A stretch of 63,984 nt of DNA, counting the filler, from Octopus bimaculoides (lineage: Eukaryota): assembly GCF_001194135.2 (NCBI RefSeq). It is 9 parts of 9 records of this genome, joined end to end, with 100 filler letters (N's around TTAATTAATTAA, not from the genome) between each part and the next. Parts side by side here need not be neighbours in the genome. Positions count along the whole stretch, not along the records: positions 46,680 to 53,076 come from NC_069006.1; positions 53,177 to 58,347 come from NC_068982.1; positions 58,448 to 59,765 come from NC_068981.1; positions 59,866 to 62,600 come from NC_068997.1; positions 62,701 to 63,984 come from NW_026391421.1; 4 more parts are not named here. One strand, given 5' to 3'. The position numbers and the translations under genes were made by a program. The stretch's first letter is position 1. Each line of letters opens with the position of its first letter. Shown here one piece after another: positions 52,392 to 63,984 of this stretch. The notes under the pieces are model-generated. The model saw only the letters and a program-made list of their open reading frames with translations, did no database searches and had not been told where the DNA came from.

Positions 52392-52796
52392 AGAAAGAGG
52401 AAAACAGAAAGAGNNNNNNNNNNNNNNNNNNNNNNNNNNNNNNNNNNNNNNNNNNNNNNNNNNNNNNNNNNNNNNNNNNNNNNNNNNNNNNNNNNNNNNN
52501 NNNNNNNNNNNNNCCCAATGTTCGAAGGTTGTGCCTCACCACCTCATCCCAGGTCTTCCTGGGATATAAGTATATATATAATTGCCCAGGCTATTCTTAT
52601 TTTAGCAGCTACATTATCAGTGCACCCTCCCCCACTACTGACTTTGTTGGCCTTTTATGGTTTTTATAATTATTTATGTTATATGATATTATGTTATGTT
52701 ATATACGATATTCATAGTATTTAATGTAATACTGTAATATAAATAAATCATTGGATTGTCAATAGTATATCTCTATATTTAATTTATCTTTATATA

Positions 52797-53003
52797 TATT
52801 GTGTTGTGTCTGTGGTGAGTCATTCCCTTTTTGTGCCTTATAATTTAGCACACTCAATGGTAAAATTTCCACCTATTTCTTTTTTATTTTTCTAAAATTT
52901 TCATTATGTCTTGCAACCTTTTCAATTATGGAAATTTTACCGGTGAGTGCGTTAAATTATAAGGCACTAAAAGAGAATGACTCTCCCCAGACACAACAGT
53001 GTA
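52797..53003. mobile_element. MITE with about 70-bp imperfect TIRs, probable TA target (Tc1/mariner-type)
   Basis: tgttgtgtctgtggtgagtcattccctttttgtgccttataatttagcacactcaatggtaaaatttcca is mirrored by tggaaattttaccggtgagtgcgttaaattataaggcactaaaagagaatgactctccccagacacaacag. Confidence 0.75.
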
Positions 53004-53799
53004 TACTTCAACACACAAACCCACATAAAGAATCTTGCAAACCAAATCCAAAAGTGAAATAATATATATATATATANNNNNNNNNNNNNNNNNNNNNNNN
53101 NNNNNNNNNNNNNNNNNNNNTTAATTAATTAANNNNNNNNNNNNNNNNNNNNNNNNNNNNNNNNNNNNNNNNNNNNTTCATCAAGATATTGCATCGATGG
53201 AACAACGATATCAAGGATTTTGGAATGCAGGAATGTTAGCTGGCTACTGTTGGATGTTATACAGGGATGAACCTGAGACAAAACACCATAGAAAGTCCAA
53301 ATCCCAAAGATTTTAAGTTGTTATGCATTCGAGTGTATTCTAACTTAATTGTACACAATAATTTTAATTTTGTACAATAAAAAGCCATGAAATTATCATA
53401 TATTGTATTCATTATACTTTATATAGACATGCTTTACGTATCCTATACGTTAAAACAGCAGGTATCATTAACATGAAAATGTGACCTGATAGAGGAAATT
53501 TGACTTCAGATTCGTAATTAGCATCAAAAATTAACCCAGAAAAGTCAATCAGCAACTCTGATGATTAAATAAAGTTTCATTTTGTTGACCAGTGTAATTT
53601 TCAGCCCATAACTCTGCTAAGCGCATATTCCAATAGTTTGGTTATGGTGTAGCAAGCAGGTTGGCGCTTATCGTCGATGACCTGAATGATGTGCAAGAAT
53701 GCACCAATCAAGACAAGTTTCAAATCATACAATTAATCATAGAGAGGTTTGGTAAGGATACTAGTAAGGATGGAGCCCAGATTAACCAGGTGTGATCGC

Positions 53800-54160
53800 C
53801 ACTTGTTAGATGGAGTTTTCCAGAGCTCGTCTTTTTGATAGACATTGTCTTGGGTTAAAAAATGGACCGAGAGATTTTACTTGCCATCTGAAGTATTATA
53901 AAGTTCTCCCTACCCTCTACCAGTCGGGTTGTGCAGTCGATGGAAGTTCTACGTTAGCATTTTATAGTGGTTTAGCAGAAAACAAGAGTGATGACGTTCT
54001 TGGGGAAATTGGGCGTCGACGCAAACCAACTGGCTGGTCTTTTCTAGAGGACTACCGAATGGGAACTTGGATAATTTCCAGGAATCCCTGGCATGGTAAT
54101 GCTACTGAGAGCCACTGACTGCTTGAGATAAGCTCTATAGGTACGGAAGTGCTGTCAATT
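53800..54160 (+). mobile_element. Tx1-like ORF2 3' fragment
   Basis: Nucleotide similarity of 53990-54155 to 57200-57380 (gatgacgttct...gaactggct...aatttccag...tgctac...aagctctatagg). Confidence 0.65.
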
Positions 54161-55094
54161 GGCTCTGTTGGTATAGCAAAAATGTAATTTTTAGCGGTTT
54201 CTCTTCTAGAACTGTATCTTCAGTACTATTTATGTAGACTTCACACCATCTTAAGTATCAAATGCTTCAGAGAAAATGTGTATTCTGAATAAAGCATATA
54301 TTCTCACGGTTCTGTATAAACTTCCAAGAATCTTGCCTGTCATCCTTCCGGGGTTGATAAAATAAGTACCAATTGAGTACTGGGGCCGATGTTATCAATT
54401 TACCCCTCCACCGAACTTGCTCTTGCTGGCTTGTGCCAACATTTAATATCAATATTACAAAGATATAGAGCGGTGAACTGGCGGAGCCATTAGCATAACG
54501 GGCAAAATACTTAGTGATATTTCGTCTGTCTTCACGTTCCGAGTTCAAATTCCGCAAAGGTCGACTTTGTCTTTCATCCTTTCGGTGTCGATAAAATAAG
54601 TATTAATTGAAGACTGAGGCATTGATATAAGTACCAGCTGAACACTGGGGCCGGTTTAATCGACTTACCTCTTCCCCGAAATTGCTAGCCTTGTGCCAAA
54701 ATTTGAAACCAATATTACAAAGATATAATAAGTTTCCTCTGTTATATATTAGCACGATTACTCTGGTTAAACAATTGCTGTAGTCAACCTATACGTTGTC
54801 AGCCAATATCCTAATCATATAGGGCAAATGTCCCTCAAATCACACCAAACAATCTTAAGAAAGGTCACTTTAGATAATGTGGTGCTGAAGTCCATATACA
54901 TAAGTAAAAGAATAAATGGTAATAGCTGAAACGCTTTTGCTCATAAGTCTAAATGACAATATGTACAAGATTGAAAGTACAACACGAATAACAACAAATA
55001 TATACATACACGAACACACTCATAGTTAATATTTACCTAATTATTCGTGTTTCAGTTTGCTGCGAATGAAAAGATAGAACGGGCATGCGCGCGC

Positions 55095-55244
55095 ACGAGT
55101 GTATGTGTGTATGTATGTGTGTGCGTGTGTGTGTGTGCATGTGTGTGTGTGTGTGCGTGCGTGCGCATGTGTGCATGTAAATCGATCAATCGATCAGTCA
55201 ATCGATCAATCAATCAATCAATCAATTAATCAATCAATCAATCA

Positions 55245-55318
<74 letters not shown>

Positions 55319-55335
55319 GTGTATGCATACATGTA
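55095..55335. repeat. Compound microsatellite (TG)n-(TCAA)n-(TCTA)n; representative of the many (TA)n, (CA)n, (TAT)n and (GAT)n tracts in the window
   Basis: Directly visible in the sequence. Confidence 0.95.
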
Positions 55336-56910
55336 TATACACATCATGCACTAGTCCAAACGAACACAGCTTCAACAATATTTACAACGATGACAAAAAC
55401 TAATAATATCATGAAGCAACAAAAGCAGGGAAAATAGCGAGCAGAAACAAGAAAACGGTAACATTCACAAATCTGGATAAATTCCCTGTAATACTATTTA
55501 CATTTCTTCTACCTAGTAGTCATCTTCCCTACTTATTAACCGTTACCATAGTTACTAGTTATATTCCATATCTTAAAAGACTCTCTTCAATACATTTACT
55601 TTAATGCAGTTCACATTTATTAATGAACATAGGTGTGACACAACGTCCAAGAATTGATATTTAGCAGAAAACAATTCGATCTAGTATCATCTGCAAACAT
55701 AAATCGCTGAAATTGCATAAACGTATCAGAATGCTTTTTTTTTAATTCTCCAGAACAGCTGTCGCCTTTTCCAGACTTCTAACTGGGTTTGGTTTATTTT
55801 TATAATCAGCGTCCTTTAGGAATACTCATAAATTATTATGAACAAGATTCTAAACCAATCGATAGGTAGTAGAGTCCGTTGTGTCCAGCACATATTGATT
55901 AGATTGGTCTTTTATGGAAAAACCTTGGAACAGTATGCGTGGCTTTATATTACATTGTTTATAAAGAATTTTATGCAAAGCCACCAATACAGAAAAACGA
56001 ATGAATCTCTAAGTGGTCGCTCGACTTGCTAGAAATAGCAAGCATATCTTCAAGTTACTCTGTTCTAAAAAGATAAAGTCATTTAATAGTGTTTTAGATA
56101 CACGTCTCGAGTAAAGAATGGTGGAGTCATGGTTGGAAAGCCTTTATTCATAGGTCTGTTCAATCAAAGTTGAAATGAAGCTAAGCAACAACAAACATCC
56201 TGTCTATTAAGATCATTTCGTTTTCCATTTTTAAGTTCTTTTGGCAATCAATTATTGAGATAATGTTTAGTCTCTCAAACATCTTATTTTGCTTCTGTTC
56301 TGTTTAATTTACTAATGAGTATTATTAAATACCCTCTCATTTAGATCTTCATGACTCATGTTTATTAATGACTTTACTCGTTGATATTGAAAGATGTCTA
56401 CTGGATATGTATTAAAATTAGATCCATATAAGTCACCACGAAAGATGTGGCTCATTTGAAAATGTATTTAGTCCGTCGTTATCATCGGGAAAATGATCGA
56501 TCTGATGTATGCTACGAGAAAGTCCTAGCTAATCCATTACATTGATTTCTTTATTCGAAATAAAACAGTTTTAAATTATTCATGTGTCAGATAATTATTT
56601 CGTTCGAAAGTCTAATAATAGACGAAGGAATGAATTTTAAAGGAATACCACAAAACATATGAATAAGCAGAGTACTAAATGCTAACTGTAAATTTTATCA
56701 TAACACATATAGATTTTTTACTTTTTAACTAATTAGGGAGAAATGTTCAATATTCTGATCCTCTTTGATCCTCTTTATAGCTTTTCCTCTCCCCTTAAAC
56801 TGAGTAGGAGTCTTGATTAAACAGCGGTTTATTCAAGTATGTTAAAATAGAACAATGGGCATGTTATCTCATTCTAATAATATTTCAGTTGGCAGTAGAG
56901 TGTCAACAGA

Positions 56911-56985
<75 letters not shown>

Positions 56986-57187
56986 CTGAACTCAAAACCT
57001 GCTGCTAGGTTCTCAGTTCAAATTCCGCCGAGGTCGATTTTGTCTTTCATCCTTTCGGGGTTGATAAATTAAGAACCAGTGAAACACTGGGTACGATGTA
57101 ATCGACTAATCCCCTTCCCCAAATTTCAGGCCCTGTGCCTATAGTGGAAAGGACTGATGTTCCATTTTAAAAATTTATAGAGGATTA

Positions 57188-58092
57188 GTGGCGGGAAAGG
57201 GCGACGACGTTCTCGAGGAGACTCTGGGCGCAGACGAGAACGAACTGGCTAGTCTGTTCTGGAGGAGTTTCCAATCGGGAACTATCATGGAAAATTTCCA
57301 GATGTCCTTGGCCTGGCGGTGCTACCGGAAGTGGGGCGCTACCGGTTCGAAACAAACTCTACAGGCACAGATGTGTTGTCAGACGGGCTTGTCCCAGATG
57401 CGCGTAGAGTGACGAAACTGTTCTACACGCCCTCGCTCAGTGTCCGGGCATTGCTGACTTGTGGGGTTATGCCGAACAGCTGCTGTCACATGTAGGACGG
57501 ACCCATCTGTCGGCCGAATACGTAGTGATGATTGCACCGCTGCCCTCCTTCAATCGGGCAGGCAAGGTAGTTTTCCTTTGCTTGGTAGCTATAACAAAAG
57601 AGGTTCTTCGGTGGACAACGCTGAAAGGCATGTGGACAGATACATTTCTCTTCGGTAGAGCTCTCACTGATATCTTCAAGTTTCACTTAAAAAGGAAATT
57701 GAGATTAGAGAGGGAAGTGCTGTCCTCGAGTGAGTTTGCTGAAAGGTGGGTGAAAGTTGCGAAAATGGCAAGAGTGGATAGTACCTCTCTAAGTGTAGAC
57801 CTGTGAGTCGGACAGAAGGAATTGGAGAGGGCGCTTGCGCCTAGACTTTCACGAAAATCTCGGACAGTGGGATTCCGCGATTGTCCCTAGATGCCTTCTT
57901 GTATCAGGAGGGCTACATTTCTATCACCCACCCTGCCACTTTTTTCCCTTTTTCTTTTTACCTTTGCATGCTATGCATATGTCCATTCTTTTTTATCATT
58001 TCATTATATGTAACCCCCCCACACATGCACACTTTATGTCTGTCTTTGTATTGTCCGCCTCATTCTTTGCCTTTGTTGCAAATAAATGAAAA
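57188..58092 (+). mobile_element. Tx1-like non-LTR retrotransposon, 5'-truncated 3' end with CCHC zinc motif and 3' UTR
   Basis: SLAWRCYR / GALPVRNKLYRH...CPRC..SDETVLHALAQC / LWGYAEQLL...FHLKRKLRLERE...ERWVKVA*; then a pyrimidine-rich UTR, AATAAA, and a (CAT)n/(TAT)n tract. Confidence 0.85.
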
Positions 58093-58119
58093 TCATCATC
58101 ATCATCATCATCATCATTA

Positions 58120-58347
58120 ATTATTATTATTATTATTCAGTAGTTTTATTTTTATAACGTGCTTTCACTTCACTACCGAGCGCAGCTCTGTGCGCCTTGG
58201 GTGTGTGCTGTGGTTTGCTGTGGTGCTCTTATGTTTACTGTATTGAAAGTGTTTTGCGTAGGATGTGTGCAGTACCCAGTAGTGCAATTTTCTGTATGTT
58301 ATATATATTTGTAAGTCCTGCTATTTTTGTTATGTAGTTGTCTGAAT
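58120..58347 (-). mobile_element. R4/Dong-clade (RLE) non-LTR 3' end abutting (TAA)n
   Basis: Minus strand reads SDNYITKIAGLTNIYNIQKIALLGTAHILRKTLSIQ* (stop 58235-58237), the QK..LLGTA.ILRK.L terminus of R4/Dong. A short UTR then (AAT)n follows; the 5' side is cut by a gap. Confidence 0.75.
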
Positions 58348-58989
58348 NNNNNNNNNNNNNNNNNNNNNNNNNNNNNNNNNNNNNNNNNNNNTTAATTAAT
58401 TAANNNNNNNNNNNNNNNNNNNNNNNNNNNNNNNNNNNNNNNNNNNNGTTTCTTATTTCTTTATTGCCCACAAGGGGCTAAACATAGAGGGGGCAAACAA
58501 GGACAGACAAAGGGATTAAGTCGATTACATCAACCCCAGTGCGTAACTGGTACTTATTTAATCAAACCCCGATAGTTTGAAAGGCAAAGTCGACCTCGGC
58601 GGAATTTGAACTCAGAACGTAGTGGCAGACGAAATACTGCTAAGCATGTCGCCCGGCGTGCTAACGATTCTGCCAGCTCACCGCCTTCCTTGCTTGTATT
58701 ATTGGTAGTGTATGTAGTGGAATTGGGGTTTATGTGGATGATGTTAATGCTGCTACAGCTGTTGGAGCTAATATTGTGTATCATTGGTTAAAAATAACGC
58801 TCCCGTTCATTCTTATTTCCTATCTATTATTTGTCAGCACGAGGACTTTTCCTTTTGAGCACTTCTTGCTATTTAATTGATAGTCTTGCTATCTTCGCCA
58901 CTTGACATGTCTGGATACTGTGAAATAGAGAGGGTCATACATTAGGGATTGTAATTTTGTTTCGTTGTTGATATTTTATGTGTTGTTTA

Positions 58990-59700
58990 TGGTCTATCTA
59001 TAGCTGTTATTGCTGTCTGGCGATGTGGTAGCCCTTAAGGGCAGTGCTTTTTCGTTGCTTTGTTGCTGTCGCTTGATCTACTGATGTTGTTATTGCTACT
59101 GTAGTTGTAGGTGCTGCTTTCATTCTTGCAGCTGGTGCTGCAACATTTGTTGGTACTATTGCATGCTATTGCTTGTGTTACTGTTGCAGGTGTTACTATT
59201 GCTGTTGTTGAAGTTTTGGTGTTGACAGCTGTGAAAGACAAGTTTCAGCTGCTACGTTCTGTTTTTGAGGTGAGAAGACCTTGCGGTGACTGGTGACTTC
59301 ACAATTCTATCATTTAAAGCATCTATCCTCAAATATCACCTGTACTTATTACCCTTATGAAACCTGTATTAGGTCTGGGATACTGTCTAGCGTCTCTGAT
59401 TTCCCCTGAATCAGGATCTCCAATCCCATCCGAACTAAGTTTCTTTTTATAATTGTTTTACCTCTTGTAAGGGTTCACGAAAGGGCATGATATAACCGGG
59501 GAAATCATTGACCGTATCGTAGTTTTCAGATCTCGGTATACAAGATTTGCACATTGTTTGGTGCAAAAGAGTGGAGTAGGGCATTAATTCAACTCCAATG
59601 CTTTAGTGGCACTTTATTGGCCAGAAAACGATGTAAATCATATTCGGCTATAGTGAAACTGGAAATCAGGACATGAAAATAGGATCAAGATAACACAGCA
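58990..59700 (-). mobile_element. Possible decayed non-LTR ORF1 (gag-like) relic
   Basis: RMGLEILIQG followed by a broken RCFK*..C..TSHRK knuckle-like motif and a Thr/Ala-rich low-complexity stretch. Confidence 0.3.
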
Positions 59701-59880
59701 GTTATTCCTTCTTTTTGCAGTTTCTGCCTTCCACACCATTTTCCATCACATCTATAACAACACCCNNNNNNNNNNNNNNNNNNNNNNNNNNNNNNNNNNN
59801 NNNNNNNNNTTAATTAATTAANNNNNNNNNNNNNNNNNNNNNNNNNNNNNNNNNNNNNNNNNNNNCACACGCACGCACAC

Positions 59881-59932
<52 letters not shown>

Positions 59933-60530
59933 GCTTCTTTCAGTCTTTCAGTTTCCGGCCAAGAATGTTTTGAATGTATAGGCATCGAGTACCGAGTGAA
60001 CTTCTGTTGAGAATGAATACCCTGTTTCTATGCTACTCAGTACATTCTGGTTTCAAATTCGGATTTGATTCATCAAGTCACTTGAAAACCAGCTGATAAC
60101 TAAAGCAACCCATCCTATATATTAAGAGGCAAGTCCTGTTGTTTTAGTCGTCTCTGCTCACCCTACGCTACTCGGGTTTTGTTGTACCCCGGTAGTAGCT
60201 GACTCCATGACCCTATATAAATTCCTATTGTATAATATAATTTGTTCCTACACACATTCAGATGGTGACTAGCAGGAATTGATCTCGCTGATTAATCGTC
60301 AATATTAATTGTGACTTTGCGAGTTAGCATCTGTGTCACTCTTATAAACCCCGTGAGTCAGATTGGTTGTACCAGCGCATCTCTCTCTCTCTTACCATCC
60401 TTTGGGGCAATGCCTTTTCCATTTTATCTGCAGGGACCATGAGGTGGTCTGAATTACAGGAAATTGTACGTTCCACTCCTTAATGTGAAGTTAATAGCAA
60501 TATTTTAAAGCATATATATATATATATATA

Positions 60531-60760
60531 CGCAGGCGTGGCTGTGTGGAGGCGTAGGCGTGGCTGTGTGGAGGCGCAGGCGTGGCTGTGTGGAGACCCA
60601 GGCGTGGCTGTGTGATAAGAAGCTTGCTTCCCAACCACATGGTTCCGGGTTTAGTCCCACTGCGTGGTACCTTGGGCAAGTGTCTTCTACTATAGCCTAG
60701 AGCCGACCAAAGCCTTGTGAGTGGATTTAGTAGACGGAAACTGAAAGAACGCCGTCATAA
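60531..60760 (+). mobile_element. SINE family A copy with a tandemly reiterated 5' end
   Basis: About 4 copies of the 22-bp unit cgcaggcgtggctgtgtggagg precede the SINE body. Confidence 0.85.
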
Positions 60761-60789
60761 ATGTGTGTGTGTGTGTGTGTGTGAACTAG

Positions 60790-62600
60790 TCAATCCTAGT
60801 TCGTATCTGTCGGGACACCAAGAGTTCGCTTGAAGAGAATCCACAGGGTGTCGGCGTTCTCTGGTACTGCATCAAGAATTCTTGAAGAGCTCGGTTCGGG
60901 GGCAGAGTAGACTTTCTCAGTACTTGTTTGAATCACTGCACCGAACGTTCTACTGCGCCGTTGGTGACTGGATGGTACGGTGCTCCTGTCAGATGTGTGA
61001 TCCCACGTTCTTTGCAGCAGCTCTGAACTTCAGAAAGAAAAGTTGATGAATTATCTATGACCAGCATGTGAAGGTATCCGAAGTGAGCAAAGTCCTCTTC
61101 CAGCAGATCTAGAGTGGCTCTAGTGGATTTGGATGACATCAGATGAATGCATGGATACCGTGAGAAAGCATTCGCGATCACCAGCCAGTTCGTACCCATG
61201 AAGTTAATGGCATGATCCACGTGTAAGCGGCTCTATGGCTTCTCTGGCAGCATCCATGGGTGAACTGCAGTGTTGGATGGCTTGTTTTGAGGTTCGCCGC
61301 ACGAGTCACATCATCGATTAGCCATCTCAATAGCTGCATCAATACCGGGCCAGTAGACAGCGTTTCTTGCCAACTGCTTCATACGTTCCATGCCGAAGTG
61401 GCCGATATGCAGTAGAACTAGGATATTGGACTGTAGGCTCTGTGGAATCACAACTCTTGATTCATGGACGAGGCATCCATGATAGATACTGAGTACATAC
61501 GACAACTTCCGGAACTTTCCGACTTTATCGTTGGTCTTAGTGTGCTTCGTTGGCCACCCTTCGCGGACATAGCGTATCACTGTCGTTATCACTGTATCTT
61601 TCTCAAACTGTTGATAGAGGATGTTGCTGTCCACAAGTTTGACTTGAAGACTGAGAACATTGATGGCACACACTATGTCCATGTCTTCATCACTTTCCTC
61701 TCTGTCGAAGTCGTTGTCGTCTTCAGATGGCAAGCGACTAAAAGCATTTGCATTGACATGATCCGCTGTGTCCGGTATTCGATTGTGTAGTCAAACTGGT
61801 TCAGCTACAAGCCCATCGAACTAGTCGGTTGCCTGCGATAAGTGGTGTCCTTTTCTTCGGGCCGAACAGTGCCGTCAGTGGTTTATGATCAGTCACCAGT
61901 ATGAACTGACGTCCATACAGATACTGGTAGAATTTTCGCAAGCCAAAAATAATGGCTAGGGCTTCCTTGTGGATTTAGCTGTAATTTCTTTCTGCAGACG
62001 TGAGTCTTGGACACTTTGGCAGTTGGTCGCTCGCTTCCATCCGGATAGCGATGAAACAGGACCGCTCCAATTCCAACGTTGGACGTGTCACAACCCAGTC
62101 GTGCCTCGTGAAAAACCGGCTTCGCATCAGACTTGAACTTTACTTCCAGTTTGAAATCTTTAAAGCAGTGAAGTATAAGGCTCGTTAGAGGTCTTAGGAT
62201 GCGATGTTCTTGCACCCTCACTCTTGTCTCGACTCTCTATGCATCTCAGCTCAAGTGCATTGTCTACAGAGATTCCCAGTGTCTGGATAGCGTTTCGTCC
62301 CAGCAAGTTCAAGTTAGGGATCTTGGTGACTAAGTAAGAAATTGAGCTTTGTTTATCAGTCATTGGATCCTTGGTTTGGTCCATAAAAGTTCCTAGCACG
62401 GGCAGGTCGTGCTTGCTGGTAGACTCGTAGCGAAGTCTGACAACATCCAGCTTCAGTTTTCCTAGTTGTTTCCAGACCAGCAAAGAAACGAAATTTCCTA
62501 TAGTTGCAGTGTCCAGTTCCATCGTGTACTGTCGGTTCTGGACTGTGATTGGCACAACTAACCTAGAAGTATCATTGGAAACTTCATCGAAGATTGTTTT
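60790..62600 (-). mobile_element. Ty3/Gypsy (K02A2.6/Mag-like) pol relic: protease, RNase H and integrase, with the RT core deleted
   Basis: Protease MELDTATIGNFVS; RNase H LGCDTSNVGIGAVLFHRYPDGSERP and EALAIIFGLRKFYQYLYGRQFILVTDHKPL; integrase HIGHFGMERMKQLARNAVYWPGID and GITHLTGAPYHPVTNGAVERSVQ. Contains frameshifts. Confidence 0.93.
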
Positions 62601-62717
62601 NNNNNNNNNNNNNNNNNNNNNNNNNNNNNNNNNNNNNNNNNNNNTTAATTAATTAANNNNNNNNNNNNNNNNNNNNNNNNNNNNNNNNNNNNNNNNNNNN
62701 AAAAAAAAAGGGGGGGG

Positions 62718-63044
62718 GGCGAATCTTCAGAGATGGTATATCAATGAAACTATCAGTGCAGCAATTTCTGTAAAAGGAAATGTCGTCCTTCAATTTTTTT
62801 TCATCTAAATTGCTTGTTTATGTATTTTTTGCACGTTTGCATGTGTTTATTTGTGTGTGTGTGAGTGTGTGTACGTACATGTATGTGTCTGTAAATTTGT
62901 ATATGTGTTTAGGTGCATGCATGTATACAAGCACAAAAATACATAAACATAAGCGATTCAGCTTTAAAAAAATATTGAATAAAATATTTTTTGGGAAATT
63001 GCCAAATAATTTTAGTTTTGATATACCATCTCCGAAGGATTGCC
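62718..63044. mobile_element. MITE-like element with about 33-bp imperfect TIRs
   Basis: ggcgaatcttcagagatggtatatcaatgaaacta versus tagttttgatataccatctccgaaggattgcc. Confidence 0.6.
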
Positions 63045-63952
63045 AAAAAAAATGTAAGTACCCTGGACTCATAGGACCAGTTACTCAGTTTCAAAGGCGT
63101 ATAAGTGAACAAGATCACAGCATTTCTCCTGAATGGGATGCCTGTCAGTCTCACCATTACCCATTTACAACAGAATGAACTGGAGTAACGAGAAATGGAA
63201 TGTTTTGCTGAAGAACACAAAAGCACTACCTGGTTCTGGGATTGAAACCATGATCGCGAGTGCAATACCCCAAATCCACATAGCTCCACATTTGATAAGC
63301 TGTTAAAAAGTGTTTAGAAAAAAACCCTCTACTTCAAATATAGAACCAAATACTTCAAAAAGTTTTACTCCTCTGTTAATGTAATTTAAACTGGTACAGT
63401 GGAATGTATTCAAAATATTAAGTAGGGAATATCTTCTATAAAGGAAATTGGAAGACACGACGTGACGACATATGAATTCTTAGCACATTTCGATTCTTCT
63501 CAGTTAATTTCTTTTTAATTTCTGGTATTAAATTTACTCTTTGGTTAAATTGCACCATAAAATAGGAGACTGCCTATGGTAATTTTTTTATAAAGTTGAC
63601 TTCACAGTTCAGTACCCGTCGACTTTTATTTCTTCATAACTTTCTTCATAATACACATTTTAAAATAAAATATTGCACAAAGACATTCTTTTAAGAATCT
63701 GTTACGATTATATTAATTGTACTTTTTCTTTTTAATTGAGCAAGAAGTTCATATCATTTCTAAGATCACTATACAACATATAAAAGGAAAAAGTCATTAT
63801 CTTTGACTGCCATTCATTATCAAAATGAAATCCGAAGGCACAATAAAATAAATAAAATACAAATTCATTGCATGTATATATGTACATCTATATATATACA
63901 TCCCTCTATATATGAATATATATATATATATCCCATATGCATATGTAGATCT

Positions 63953-63984
<32 letters not shown>

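Noticed and set aside
60138-60430. Possible LTR of the adjacent Gypsy element
   Set aside because: No partner LTR, PBS/PPT or TSD could be identified; the other end is in a gap.

Overview
AT-rich, gap-ridden animal genomic DNA. It is most likely an octopus (coleoid cephalopod) assembly, inferred from the tRNA-derived SINE families, dense (TA)n/(CA)n microsatellites and retroelement relics. It is not prokaryotic, and I see no CRISPR array, rRNA or intact tRNA. The provided ORF track is mostly low-complexity or N-gap artefact; the real genes are spliced. (1) On the minus strand at 21934->372 lies the 3' part of a DOCK3/DOCK4-type (DOCK-B) Rac GEF. Five consecutive GT-AG exons (21934->15409) chain in compatible phases through the end of the DHR-2 domain into a Ser/Pro-rich tail. 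A further Pro-rich exon (503-372) and one weaker exon (5491-5444) follow in compatible phase, and the gene runs off the window start. I found no upstream DOCK exons in the remaining 42 kb. (2) On the minus strand at 52281->28670 lie four phase-compatible exons plus a candidate last exon of a coiled-coil protein I cannot name. (3) Transposon relics include mariner, an RT-deleted Ty3/Gypsy, CR1-like, RTE, Tx1, R4/Dong, many SINEs and MITEs. One nested MITE stack contains a 510-bp palindrome that includes an inverted copy of its own target-site flank. Eight 44N-TTAATTAATTAA-44N spacers mark scaffold joins, and several coincide with sharp CpG-content switches. I found no convincing wholly new biological system. 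The best leads are the unnamed coiled-coil gene, the orphan or nested arrangement with DOCK, inverted repeats bracketing the catalytic DOCK exon, and the hAT-associated palindrome. All work was done by eye; repeat boundaries are approximate.
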